Shown: positions 26,731-37,667, counted from the stretch's first letter. The stretch is DNA of 64,000 bases from an uncultured Gammaproteobacteria bacterium (GCA_963824045.1 CAWGNW010000006.1:6099-70098), one strand, 5' to 3'. Numbers and translations are program-made. The notes: generated by a model from the sequence alone, not told the origin.

Positions 26731-27207
26731 GCTGACAGATTAACCTGCCTGCTGCCTGAGTTCATCTGATTCCCGCATTTTCTGGTTCAGCATCGCGACT
26801 GTTACTCAAATGGCAACCATGCGCTGCAACCGGCATCGGCACACCGGTGTGCATTCGGGGATCGGGCATTGCCCGGTCCCGTTCCCTGGCCCGGGTGTGG
26901 AGAAGCACAAAAGGGGGGGGCAGTGTCCCGGGGCTATCCCCGAGATAACGTATATTCATGATAACGATGTCCCGAGTGTGTGAATGCGTCTCTGTGGCTA
27001 TCAGAACGGGCAAAAATGAATTATGTGCGCTGGTCTAATTATTTGACATGTGTTTGTATTGGCAGCAGGGAGCCGGAATCGCGGGGACTGTCCCTGAATA
27101 TTCCGCCCTGGCGGGGATTCCGGTGATTCCCGGAGCAGGTGGCGGAAACCACGCACGACTGAACGCGGCATTTAACAGCAAGGGATCCGCAAGAGACAGA
27201 GACAGGG

Positions 27208-29331
27208 ATGGCACACAATATCTCACACAACCAGCGGATGATTTACCTGGTAGTCATAACCATATGGTTATTGCTCCTCATCACGTTAATGTCATCGATC
27301 GTGGCATTTGATGTAAACCGGTCCAGAACACGCTTTAATGAAAGCGCCGGTCTGAGCTACCAGCAGGCCAATAACCAGGTGCAGACCACCGAGGCGATCC
27401 TGGAAGGCTTTGCCGCAATGGTCAGTGTCTCCAATGACCCTCACAGGGCACGCATTCGCAGCTATGCCCGGAAAATGCTGGCAGAGTACCCGTATATTTT
27501 CATGTTTGAGATTGTGGATAAAGTCTCCCATCAACAGCTGGATTCCTTCGTGGAATACTACCACCGGAACATATACCCGGATTTTGAAGTCAAGGGTTTC
27601 AGCTACGAATCAGACCGTCAGTGGCAGCCTGTCAGTGACAGGCCATATCACTTGCCCATTGTTTTCTTGGAGCCATACCCCGAGCAATCGCGGAAGGTCC
27701 TGGGACTGGATCTCGGTTCAAATGAATTTTTCATGCAGGCCTTGCGGGAGTCCGAGACGCGGAATGGCCCGGTGTCCAGCGACCCCTTTAATCTGGTTGA
27801 AGGACCGCTGGCGTACATCATCCAGCGTCCACTGCCGGTGTCGCAAAAGGAGGCACAGCCACATTCCAGTGAAAGCGGGGCAACTATTGAGTTTGCAGTG
27901 CTGGTTGTCCGGGCAGACACATTGCTGAACAGCAGTCCGCCGCAGCAGTCGGATATGCGTGAGCTGTTGTACAACGCCGCATACAGCGAGGGCGATCCCC
28001 GGGGTATCCTGAGAGTGCATGCGGCGCCGGCGGCAGGCTGGCTGGAGTCCAGACTGTTTCCGGTCCTGCGCACACGCTTGGCGCTGGATTCCGAAAGCCA
28101 GCCTTTCGTATTGCTTGCAGAGCAGCAACTGGGTTGGGGGATTGTCAGCTGGGGCAAACTGGGTCTTGCCTTGCTGGCGGCGCTTTTTACTTTCGGTGTC
28201 ATGCTGGGATATGCCCGCCTTTACTTTCGTAACGAGATGGCGCTGGCAGAACGCTATTTGCAAATATCCCGGGCAATGATCGTCGGTCTGGATCGTGACG
28301 GCAACGTCAATCTGATAAACCGCAGAGGTTGCGAGATTCTGGGTTACCGGCTGGAGGATTTGCTGGGAAAGAACTGGTTTGAAACGGTTATCCCGGAAAA
28401 AAGCAGGGATCAGGTCGTCTCGGACTTCCGCAGGATTATCACGGGCGAGGTAGCGCCAATGAAAAGATACGAAAATCATATCCTGACAAGGGACGGAACG
28501 ACTCGCTACATTGACTGGAATAATGAGTTCGAGAAAAACCAGAAGGGTGAAATCACCGGCACCCTGTCTTCCGGACAGGACATAACCGAGCGCAAGCGCG
28601 CCGAGGAGAATCTCCTGCGACAGCAGCGGGAGATGGCACATGTGTTGCGGCTGAGCACGATGGGTGAGATGGCCACGGGCATGGCACACGAATTGAACCA
28701 GCCATTGACAGCAATCCTCAGTTATTGCGGGAGCGCGTTAATGCTGGTGAAATTGCTGCCATCTCCGCCGGAGAAACTCGCTGAAATTCTGTCCCATGCC
28801 ATGGAACAGGCACATCGCGCCGGTGACATCATCCGGCATCTGCGTAAAATTGTCAGCAAGGACGGTGTCACCAATGAGTTATTTAAGCTGGACCGGACAA
28901 TAGGGGGCGTAATCGCCCTGCTCAAGTCGGAAGTGCAGGACAGTGATGCAAATATCACGCTAATACCAGGACTCCGCAGCCACAGGATTTCGGGCGACCA
29001 GGTCCAGATTGAACAGGTGCTGGTGAACGTGGTGCGAAACAGCCTGGAGGCGATTCGCAATGCAGAAATACCGGACGGCAGGGTTGTGATCAAGACCCGC
29101 CTGCTGGCAGACAACATGGCAGAAGTCACCATTGCTGACAATGGTCCCGGGATCGATGCAACGTTGGCAGACAAGGTGTTCGAACCGTTCCAGAGCGGCA
29201 AGAAGACAGGGATGGGTATCGGCCTGTCGCTGAGTCGCACGATTATCGAAAATCACGGGGGTAAAATATGGATAGACAAAAATTACCGGAATGGCGCCCT
29301 GTTTGGCTTTAAACTACCCGTTGCCGGGTGA
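27208..29331 (+). CDS. sensor histidine kinase: TM, CHASE-like periplasmic domain, TM, PAS, HisKA, HATPase
   Basis: 707 aa with CHASE-like motifs (YPYIFMFEIV...HLPIVFLEPY...VLGLDLGS...SDPFNLVEG) and a PAS domain (MIVGLDRDGNVNLINRRGCEILGY). HisKA is GEMATGMAHELNQPLTAI; the ATPase domain has DNGPGI...GMGIGLSLSR. Visibly lower G+C than the flanks. No adjacent response regulator. Confidence 0.85.
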   Translation: MAHNISHNQRMIYLVVITIWLLLLITLMSSIVAFDVNRSRTRFNESAGLSYQQANNQVQTTEAILEGFAAMVSVSNDPHRARIRSYARKMLAEYPYIFMFEIVDKVSHQQLDSFVEYYHRNIYPDFEVKGFSYESDRQWQPVSDRPYHLPIVFLEPYPEQSRKVLGLDLGSNEFFMQALRESETRNGPVSSDPFNLVEGPLAYIIQRPLPVSQKEAQPHSSESGATIEFAVLVVRADTLLNSSPPQQSDMRELLYNAAYSEGDPRGILRVHAAPAAGWLESRLFPVLRTRLALDSESQPFVLLAEQQLGWGIVSWGKLGLALLAALFTFGVMLGYARLYFRNEMALAERYLQISRAMIVGLDRDGNVNLINRRGCEILGYRLEDLLGKNWFETVIPEKSRDQVVSDFRRIITGEVAPMKRYENHILTRDGTTRYIDWNNEFEKNQKGEITGTLSSGQDITERKRAEENLLRQQREMAHVLRLSTMGEMATGMAHELNQPLTAILSYCGSALMLVKLLPSPPEKLAEILSHAMEQAHRAGDIIRHLRKIVSKDGVTNELFKLDRTIGGVIALLKSEVQDSDANITLIPGLRSHRISGDQVQIEQVLVNVVRNSLEAIRNAEIPDGRVVIKTRLLADNMAEVTIADNGPGIDATLADKVFEPFQSGKKTGMGIGLSLSRTIIENHGGKIWIDKNYRNGALFGFKLPVAG

Positions 29332-29457
29332 ACACCTGTATCCAGAAGCAGGCGAGCGCCACCTCCGGCCTGCATTTCCCGGTGCCTGGTGCCGTCCGCA
29401 TCTTGTCACGGTGCGATACGGTCAATGGTCGCAGTACTCTCTTCATAAACTGACCCT

Positions 29458-32033
29458 GTGAAAAGAACCCCCGTGTCTGCCGCACGCGCCAAACCTGGCC
29501 AGGGTACCCTGGGCACCTTCGCCGGTGTCTTCACGCCGAGTATCCTGACCATCCTTGGTATTATTCTGTTCCTGCGCCTGGGCTACGTGGTGGGTGCCGG
29601 GGGGCTGGGTCGGGCACTGCTGATTCTGCTGTTTGCGAACGGCATATCGGTGCTGACCAGCCTGTCACTGTCTGCTGTGGCAACCAACCTCCGGGTCAAG
29701 CGCGGCGGTGACTACTACCTCATCTCGCGCACCCTGGGCCACGAGTTCGGCGGTGCCATCGGCCTGGTACTGTTCCTGGCCCAGGCGATCTCCATCGGCT
29801 TCTACTGCATCGGTTTCGCCGAGGTCATGGCGAGCTTGCTCCCACGCGCCATTCACTGATCATTCACACTACATCGCGGCCGTGGCGGCTGGCCTGCTGT
29901 TTGTCTTTGCCTGGCTGGGAGCCGACTGGGCAATTCGCTTTCAGAATGTGGTGATGGCGATTCTGGTGGCTGCCCTGGTCTCGTTCTTTGCCGGCGGCCT
30001 GGTCCGCTGGGACAGCGCGCTACTGCTAGCGGAACTGGTCGGCAGCGGCGTCTCCGGTGGGCTTCTGGGTGCTGTTCGCCCTGTTTTTCCCGGCTGTGAC
30101 CGGCTTCACCCAGGGCGTGAGCATGTCCGGGGACCTCAGGGATCCGGGGCGCAGTCTGCCGCTGGGTACCCTGCTTGCAGTGGGTCTGTCGATTCTGGTC
30201 TATCTGTGCGCCGCAGTGGTGTTTGCCGGCACACTCCCCCGGGAGGAACTCATGCGTGACTACGAGGCCATGGGGCGGGTGGCGCTGTTCCAGCCGTTGG
30301 TTGTGGCCGGGGTGTTTGCCGCCACCCTGTCCTCGGCCATGGCCTCGTTCATGGGGGCGCCGCGCATCCTGCAATCGCTGGCCGAAGACCGCCTGTTCAG
30401 CCTGTTACTGCCGTTTGCGAAGGGGGCAGGCCCACAGAATAACCCGCGCCGCGGTGTCTTGCTGTCGGGCGTCATCGCCCTGACCACCATCAGCCTGGGA
30501 CAACTGAACCTGATTGCGCCGGTTGTCTCCATGTTTTTCCTGATCTCCTACGGGCTGATCAACTACGCCACCTGGTTCGAGGCCAGCGCGGCCAGTCCGT
30601 CGTTCCGTCCGCGATTTCGCTTCTATCACCGTCATCTCAGCCTGCTGGGTGCGCTGGCCTGTCTGGGGGCCATGCTTGCCATTGATCTGCAAGCGGGCCT
30701 CGTCGCGATTGCACTGCTGTTCGCCATTTACCAGTATCTGCGCCGCACCGCCCCCCAGGCCCGCTGGGCCGACGGGCGCCGCTCCTACCATACCCGGCAG
30801 GTGCGCACCCATCTGCTGGCCGCTGCCAGGGAGGCCGAACACCCCAGGGACTGGCGGCCCAATATGCTGCTGTTTTCAGACGACAGCCACCGGCGCGCCC
30901 AGTTGCTGCAGTTCGCCTCCTGGCTGGGGGGCGACAGTGGCTTCGCAACGGTGGTCAAGGTCCTTGAGGGCGGTGTCGGTGGCGCTGCCATGCTCAAGCG
31001 CAAACGGGAGGCCGAGGCGAAGCTGGAAGAGGACATCCGCCAGGCCGGGGTACAGGTATTCCCCCTTGCCATGGTGGCGCCCGACCTGAACACGGGCATC
31101 CAGACCCTGTTGCAGGTTTTCGGTATCGGGACGCTGCGTGCCAATATCATCCTGCTCAACTGGCTGGAGCATGCCCCGCAAGCCGGCAGTGAGCAGCGGG
31201 AGCTGACCTATGGCAGCCATCTGCGCATCGCCTTTCGCCTGGGCTGCAACCTGGTGGTGCTCGACGCCGAGGAACCGGAATGGGCAGCCCTGCGGGATGT
31301 GCCTCCCGACGAACGCCGCATCGACGTGTGGTGGCGCGGCGACGCGAGCAGTCGCCTGCTGCTGCTGCTCGCGTACCTGATGACGCGTACAGAGGACTGG
31401 GAAGGCGCCCGTATTCGCTTGCTCGGCATCTGCTGCGCGTCGAATTCCTCAAAGACCGCGGAGGCGCTGCAGAGCACCCTGGAAGAAGCGCGCATTGAGG
31501 CCGAGGCCGTGCTGGTGGAAGAAGCGGGGCCGGCGGAAGTGGCGGCGCGTTCGGCGGATGCTTCGCTGGTCTTACTGCCGTTCCGCCTGCGTGGCAGAAT
31601 GCCGCTGGGTCCCTTCGGCGGGCAACTGGAGAAGCTGCTCGCACCGCTGCCTGTCACTGCCCTGGTGCTGGCGGCCGAGGACTTCGACCTCGACGCCGAG
31701 CCGGAGGAAGGAACGGCGGCCGAAGCGGCCCGGGTTCTGGACGCGCTGGATGATGCCGAACGTCTGGCCGAGTTGACGGCGCACGACGCCGTGAAGACGG
31801 AAGAGGAGGTCAGCAAGATGCGCGAGGAGCTGGAGGCCGCAACCGCGCAACCGGCCGACAGCGAAACCCTTGATGGCCTGGCCGGGCAGTTGCGCGAGCT
31901 GGAGCAGCAGGCGGAAAAGGCCCGGCGGCGCGCCGCCCGCGTTGCGGCCAGGGCTCTGACCGCCAGGCAGGACGCCCGGGCCCTGGGCATCCTGCCACAG
32001 CCGGAAGCGGAGGCTGGCGACGACGAGGCGTAA
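29458..32033 (+). pseudogene. cation-chloride-cotransporter-like (APC/SLC12-type) permease gene broken by two +1 frameshifts
   Basis: Three consecutive frames carry one protein. Part 1: 29458-29859 (GTFAGVFTPSILTILGIILFLRLGYVVG...). Part 2: about 29858-30030 (HSHYIAAVAAGLLFVFAWLG...). Part 3: 30057-32033 (FWVLFALFFPAVTGFTQGVSMSGDLRDP... plus a long cytoplasmic C-domain). Each junction is repaired by deleting one base. Confidence 0.75.
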
Positions 32034-32079
32034 TTGAAATGCCTGCCGCTGGCTGCGTCCCGGCTACAGCACCAGGCTC

Positions 32080-35000
32080 CTAGTCCGCAGCACTGGCATC
32101 GCCTTTCAGCAGATAAAACACCACCGGCATGGCGATCAGCACCAGCGGCAGTTGCACCAGCAATCCGGCGATAATGGCGATTGCCAGGGGCTGCTGCATG
32201 GTCGAGCCCTGGCCCAGGGCCAGAGCAAGCGGCAGCAGTGCGAGTATCGCAGCCAGCGTCGTCATGGTGATCGGGCGCAGCCGCTTGCGCCCGGCCTCGA
32301 CCAGCGCGGGTATGGGTGCAAGCCCGTTGCGGCGCTGTTCATACAGTTCGGAAAAATAGAAGATGGATACCTCGGTGACGATACCGACGATCATGGTCAT
32401 GCCCATCATGGCGGTGATGTTGAGCTCGGTGCCGGTCAGCCACAGGCCGGTAAAGACCCCACCCAGCGCCAGCAGCGGCATCAGCAGAATGGCAACAGCG
32501 ACCCGGAAACGCTCATACAGGAACAGCAGCAGCACAAACACCAGGGCGAGCGCGGCAAGGAACACGGCAATCAGGCCCCTGAAGGCAATCTGCTGCTGCT
32601 GGTAAAGCCCGCCCAACTCGTAGTACATGTCGGCGGGCAGCATGCCCTGCTGTGCCAGTGCCTGCTTGACGTCGCGAATGGTGGAGCCCAGGTCGCGCCC
32701 GCTGATACGCCCGGTGACGGCGATCATGCGCTTGAGATTGTCGCGCATGATCTGCGGCTGGCCGATTTCAGTCCTGACTGTTGCGATGCGTTGCAGCGGC
32801 ACCTGATGGCCATCCGGTGCGCGCAGCCAGAGCTGCCCGATTTGTTCGCTGTAGCGCCGTGACTCGGCGGGAATCCACACCCGGACGCCGATGAACTTGA
32901 TGTCTTCCTGGACCTGGGTAGTCACCAGGCCCTCGAACCAGACCTGAATTTGCTGTGTGACCTGGTCGGGATCGATGCCTTCCAGGGCAGCCCTGTCGCG
33001 TTCAACCTGGATATTGATGGCGTCACCGGCCACCACGATGCCGTCATTGACATCGACCACGCCGGGTATTTTTTCAATGGCAGCGGCGACCCTTGGCGCA
33101 GTGTCCAGCAAATCATCGAGCTTGTCGCCATAGAGTTTGATTTCGATAGGCTGCGGTACCGCGGTCAGATCGCCGATCAGGTCCTCCATCAGCAGCGCCA
33201 TCTCTACCTGCAGGCCGGGTACCTCGTTCTCGACCCGGTTGCGAATGTTGTCCATAATCTCGTCGATCGGTAGCCGCGGCTGCGGTTTCAGGCGGATGAA
33301 GAAATCACCTTCATTGGCTTCCGTGAGCGCGTCACCGAGCTGTGCGCCGGTGCGCCGTGAATAGGTCTGAATATTCCGGTCGGCGGTCAGGATGGCTTCA
33401 ACCTGCCGTAGCAGGCGGTCGGTCTCGGTAAGCGAAGTGCCGGGTGCTGCACGGTAGTCGAGGATGAACCCGCCTTCGTCCATGTGCGGGATAAATCCCG
33501 AGCCGACCTGGTGGTAGGCGAACCAGCCAACGACGAAGAGCGGCACCAGTCCGGCAGTCAGCCATACGGGGCGTGCCAGCAGCGCACCGAGGGTCCGGGT
33601 GTAGATCTGCAGAATGCGTTCGAACAACGGGCCGTTGTCCTCGCGTTCCGCGTCGCCCGGTTTCAGCAGGTGTTCGGCCAGCAACGGCACCGCCAGCCAG
33701 ACAATCAAAAAAGAAATAAACAGCGAGGTCGCCATGGTCAGTGACAGGGCCTTGAAGAAGGCGCCTGTCACACCACTCAGAAAAGCCAGGGGTGCAAAAA
33801 TCACAATAGTGGCGGCCGAGGAACCTGCCAGTGGCGCGGAAAATTCGACGGCAGCCTCGCGCACCGTGTGTGCCAGGTTCCCCGGGCGTTCCCGCAGGCG
33901 GCGCACAATGTGTTCAATCATGACGATCGCGTCGTCGACGATCAGTCCCACCGCTGCGGCCATACCACCCAGTGTCATGATATTGAAACTCATATCCAGC
34001 ACATGCAGCAGCAGGACGGTGGTTGCCAGCACGGAGGGAACCACAATAATGGCGATAAAAGTGACCCTGAAACTGCGCAGGAATACCAGCAGTACGACGG
34101 CGGCGAGTACGGCACCGATCAGTATCGCGTCGCGTACGCTGGCGGCCGAGGCGATAATCAGCTCGCTCTGGTCGTACCAGTTGGCGATGGTGACGTCTTC
34201 CGGCAAGGCGTGGCGATAGGTCGCGAGGCGTGCCTGGACATCGCTGACGATATTGACGGTGTTGCTGCCCGGCTGCTGGTATACCTGGAGCAGTACTGCG
34301 TCCTGTCTATCGGCGGTGACGCGCAGCCACTGTGGCGCGGTGCTGCGGTAGACCCGGGCAATGTCATCGAGCCTGACCAGGCCATTTTCGCCGCTCTTGA
34401 GTACCGTGTTTTCGATATCCGCAAGCGAGCGGATACGGGTATCGGACACCATGAGATACAGCTTGTCGTGATCTTCCAGTCGCCCGACGGCCTGCAGTAT
34501 GTTGGTTGCCGAGACGGCTGCTGCGACGTTGCTGAAGCTCAGGCCATAGGCCTGCAGTTTTGCCGGATCGAGCTCGACGCGATATTCGGCTTCCTCGCCA
34601 CCCATCACGGAAACGCGTGCAACTCCCTCGATCGCGGAAAGCAGGGGGATCAGCTGGTACTGGCCGATATCGCGCAGGGCAACCTGTGACTCGGTCGCCG
34701 AGGTAAGGCTGAAGGCCGCAATCGGGAATACGGTGGGGTCCATGCGCCGGACATTGAATGAGGTGGCTGGTGGTAATGCCGGCAAGACCTGGTTGACGGC
34801 GGATTCCACCTGCAGCATGGCGGAGATCATGTCCGTACCCCAGTTGAAAGTGATTGATAACTCCGCACTACCGCGACTGGTTATCGAGCGCAGGCCGGCA
34901 ACACCGGGTACCGAGCGTACCGCTTCCTCGACCGGACGGGTAACCGCGATGACCATCTGGTCGGCGGGGCGGTCCCCGGCATCCAGCGAAACCACGACGC

Positions 35001-35130
35001 GTGGAAAGTCGACATGCGGAAACAGGGCGACTGGCAGGTGCAGCGCCGCCGCGAGGCCGGCAAGGGCCAGCAGGGCGACCATAAACAGGATGGAACGCCG
35101 GTGTCGGGCGGCCCGGTGGGCAAGGCTCAC
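32080..35130 (-). CDS. RND efflux permease, CzcA/CusA-like
   Basis: 1016 aa with 12-TM RND architecture (LFPHVDFPRVVVS..., GLIVDDAIVMIEH, two large periplasmic loops). Last gene of an OMF-MFP-RND operon with 4-nt overlaps. Confidence 0.9.
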   Translation of the reverse strand: MSLAHRAARHRRSILFMVALLALAGLAAALHLPVALFPHVDFPRVVVSLDAGDRPADQMVIAVTRPVEEAVRSVPGVAGLRSITSRGSAELSITFNWGTDMISAMLQVESAVNQVLPALPPATSFNVRRMDPTVFPIAAFSLTSATESQVALRDIGQYQLIPLLSAIEGVARVSVMGGEEAEYRVELDPAKLQAYGLSFSNVAAAVSATNILQAVGRLEDHDKLYLMVSDTRIRSLADIENTVLKSGENGLVRLDDIARVYRSTAPQWLRVTADRQDAVLLQVYQQPGSNTVNIVSDVQARLATYRHALPEDVTIANWYDQSELIIASAASVRDAILIGAVLAAVVLLVFLRSFRVTFIAIIVVPSVLATTVLLLHVLDMSFNIMTLGGMAAAVGLIVDDAIVMIEHIVRRLRERPGNLAHTVREAAVEFSAPLAGSSAATIVIFAPLAFLSGVTGAFFKALSLTMATSLFISFLIVWLAVPLLAEHLLKPGDAEREDNGPLFERILQIYTRTLGALLARPVWLTAGLVPLFVVGWFAYHQVGSGFIPHMDEGGFILDYRAAPGTSLTETDRLLRQVEAILTADRNIQTYSRRTGAQLGDALTEANEGDFFIRLKPQPRLPIDEIMDNIRNRVENEVPGLQVEMALLMEDLIGDLTAVPQPIEIKLYGDKLDDLLDTAPRVAAAIEKIPGVVDVNDGIVVAGDAINIQVERDRAALEGIDPDQVTQQIQVWFEGLVTTQVQEDIKFIGVRVWIPAESRRYSEQIGQLWLRAPDGHQVPLQRIATVRTEIGQPQIMRDNLKRMIAVTGRISGRDLGSTIRDVKQALAQQGMLPADMYYELGGLYQQQQIAFRGLIAVFLAALALVFVLLLFLYERFRVAVAILLMPLLALGGVFTGLWLTGTELNITAMMGMTMIVGIVTEVSIFYFSELYEQRRNGLAPIPALVEAGRKRLRPITMTTLAAILALLPLALALGQGSTMQQPLAIAIIAGLLVQLPLVLIAMPVVFYLLKGDASAAD

Positions 35131-36173
35131 CGCACGGTCTCGCTTACAGTCATGCCGTCTTCCACCACATGGCTGCCAATCGTGATCACCCTGTCGCCGG
35201 GTTCGAGGGCGCCGCTGATGTACAGGAGCGCACCCTCGGCAAGTTCAATGTTCACTGCGATACGTTTTGCCCTGCCGTTCCCGACCCGAAACACACAGGC
35301 GCCGTCGCTACCAAGCTGTACTGCGTTTCGGGGAACGACCAGATGTGCCGTGGTATCGAGGATGATTTCAGCCTGCACGACACTGCCGAGCGTGAGCCTG
35401 CCGGCCTGGTCTGCCGGAATCGGCACGACCACATCCACCAGGCGGGTAGCAGGATTTATGAGTGCGTGTACGGCAAGCACCCTGCTTTCAATACGCACAC
35501 CCGGATCGAACACGGATCTGAGGACAACCGGCTGGCCGCTGCGCAGATGTCTGGCATCTTCCGGTTCCGCGCCCAAAAGTACAATCAAACGATCCTGGTA
35601 TCCCAGCAGCAGGGCGGTCGTATCTGCCTGAACGCGCGTTCCCTGGGTAACGTTCAGTTGCGTGACGATACCGTCGAACGGTGCTCGTACGATTTGCAAT
35701 TGCAGGTCCGCACCGATTTTTTGCAGGGATTCAAGTTTGCTTTTACTGTCCGCCAGGTTCTTTTCAGCCGATGATAGCTGGTCATGCGTCGCCAGCTGTT
35801 CGTCCAGAAGACGTTTGAGACGAACGACTTCACTACTGGCAAAATCCAGTGCTGCCCTGGCTTGCAGGTAATCCATGCGCGTACCCGGTGCCGTATCGAT
35901 TTCAAGCAGGGGGTCGCCGGCGGTAACCCGCTGTCCCAGTCGTACCATCAGCCGGTTGATCAGGCCGGCACGGGGCAGGTTGACACTGACCAGGGCATCC
36001 GGGTCCGGTTGCAGGCTGCCATAGACGCCTAGCCGCGTTTCCGCCGGCGCTTCACGGACTGCAGCCGTCTGCACAGTGGCCACGGGTTCAGCATTGACCG
36101 CCGAGCCATGCGCAACGATCAGGGTAGTCAGCAGTAGCCGCCACAGGGCGCGGGTTGCGATTATGCCGTTCAC
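35127..36173 (-). CDS. RND efflux periplasmic adaptor (membrane fusion protein)
   Basis: 348 aa with a signal peptide, lipoyl/hairpin/beta-barrel pattern (GDPLLEIDT..., IVRAPFDGIVTQLNVTQG). Overlaps both neighbours by 4 nt. Confidence 0.85.
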   Translation of the reverse strand: MNGIIATRALWRLLLTTLIVAHGSAVNAEPVATVQTAAVREAPAETRLGVYGSLQPDPDALVSVNLPRAGLINRLMVRLGQRVTAGDPLLEIDTAPGTRMDYLQARAALDFASSEVVRLKRLLDEQLATHDQLSSAEKNLADSKSKLESLQKIGADLQLQIVRAPFDGIVTQLNVTQGTRVQADTTALLLGYQDRLIVLLGAEPEDARHLRSGQPVVLRSVFDPGVRIESRVLAVHALINPATRLVDVVVPIPADQAGRLTLGSVVQAEIILDTTAHLVVPRNAVQLGSDGACVFRVGNGRAKRIAVNIELAEGALLYISGALEPGDRVITIGSHVVEDGMTVSETVR

Positions 36174-37645
36174 GGGTTGTCAGCCTCCATTTTTCCGGCG
36201 ATATTCGCCTCGCCCAGCAGGGTCTCCAGCGCCAGTCGCGTCGTCCAGGACTGCTGTGCGAGCTCCAGTTGTTCGAGTTTCTTGTTGACCCAGGTAGTCT
36301 GCATGTTCAGAAATGTCAGTGCGCTGATGTCTCCCCCCTGGTAAGCCTTGCGCGCCTTCACGACCATGGATTCAAGCTCTGGCAGGCGCAGGTTGAGCAA
36401 TTGCTGTTGTTCGGCTATCAGGGACTGCACCCCAAGCAGGCGCAAAACATCGATGCGGCTCTGGTCAAGGCGCGCCTGATATTCCGCGCGCAGTTGTTCC
36501 CGCGTTGCCTGCTCGATTGCAATATTGCCACGGTTGCCGGTGAACAGCGGCAGGGTGAGGCTGATGGAAAAGCCGGAGGTATAAACGTCGCTGGTATCCC
36601 GCGCACGTGAAACGCCGAGTCCGAGTGCCGGAAACTGGCTGAGCACGGCACGATGCACTTGCGCTTCCTGGCTGGCATAACCGGCGCTTAACGCAAGCAG
36701 GTCGGGGCGCCGTTGCGGCAGGGCCTGCAACGCGCCGGCGATGTCCGTTTCTGAAACAGGTCCAGCCGGCGGCGGTGCCTGCAGTTCAATTGAAGCTTCC
36801 GGTGACAGGCCCAGCAGCAGCGCCAGGTCGTGCCGCTTGTTGTTGCGGGCCTGGCGGGTCTGGTTCAGCTGCGTGGCGGTGTCCAGCAGCGCGGTAAGGT
36901 CGGTGCCGGTGACATCCACGGTCAATTCACCCTTGGCCAGGGCTGTGGACGAATGCTGGTAGCGCTGCTGATAAAGATCGAGCATGTGCTCCAGCAGGGC
37001 GACTTTCTGTTCCAGCGTTACCAGCTCGACATGCAGGCTGCGAGCCTGTTCAATCGTCTGCCATTCCTGCCACAACAAATCCAGGACAATCTGCTGATGT
37101 GCGGCACTGGCGGCCTCGATACCAGCGCCGCGGGTAAGCAGCGGGATAATGTCGTAGCTGAGGCCGTACGTATAGGCGTTCACGAGTCCCGCCCCGTTCC
37201 CTGTCGGGTGATCCAGACCGGCGGAGATTTGCGGGTCGGGAAACAGGCGTGCCGCATATACCTGGGCACCGGCGATACCGCGACGGGAGCGGGCCGCGCG
37301 CAGGTCCGGATTATTCGCCACCGCCAGCATGGCGGTTTCCCACATATCCAGACCGTCAGACGGATCAAAGGTATGCTGTTGAGCGGGTTCGGAGATCATG
37401 ACGCTGCGGTCGATCCGGATCGCGTCAATGGCTGGTGCAAGGTTGTCCTGCTTCGGCAGTGGCAGCGGTTGATAGCTTGCGCAACCGGGAAGGCAGACTG
37501 CAGCCAGCAACACGGCATGCCATGCCGTGCCCCGCCAGTGGCAGACCGGCCGGGATGCTGCCCGGCTGCCAGGCAAATTCAACCTGTCAGGGCAGCTGAA
37601 CGCAGTGGCGGCCCGGCGGCGCCCCCGGGTGCTTTTGGTATTCAT
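36170..37645 (-). CDS. outer-membrane efflux protein (TolC/CzcC family), probable lipoprotein
   Basis: About 490 aa with lipobox LPGC after a hydrophobic stretch and two OEP-type repeats. The long basic N-extension suggests the true start may be an internal TTG. Confidence 0.8.
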   Translation of the reverse strand: MNTKSTRGRRRAATAFSCPDRLNLPGSRAASRPVCHWRGTAWHAVLLAAVCLPGCASYQPLPLPKQDNLAPAIDAIRIDRSVMISEPAQQHTFDPSDGLDMWETAMLAVANNPDLRAARSRRGIAGAQVYAARLFPDPQISAGLDHPTGNGAGLVNAYTYGLSYDIIPLLTRGAGIEAASAAHQQIVLDLLWQEWQTIEQARSLHVELVTLEQKVALLEHMLDLYQQRYQHSSTALAKGELTVDVTGTDLTALLDTATQLNQTRQARNNKRHDLALLLGLSPEASIELQAPPPAGPVSETDIAGALQALPQRRPDLLALSAGYASQEAQVHRAVLSQFPALGLGVSRARDTSDVYTSGFSISLTLPLFTGNRGNIAIEQATREQLRAEYQARLDQSRIDVLRLLGVQSLIAEQQQLLNLRLPELESMVVKARKAYQGGDISALTFLNMQTTWVNKKLEQLELAQQSWTTRLALETLLGEANIAGKMEADNP

Positions 37646-37667
37646 GCGGGCAAGGTGGTCAATTTCA

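Noticed and set aside
29850-29870. Local duplication CATTCAC-TGAT-CATTCAC at the first CCC frameshift as a transposon target-site duplication or insertion scar
   Set aside because: No inserted element lies between the copies. A single-base deletion restores a sensible protein, so a simple indel is the more economical explanation.
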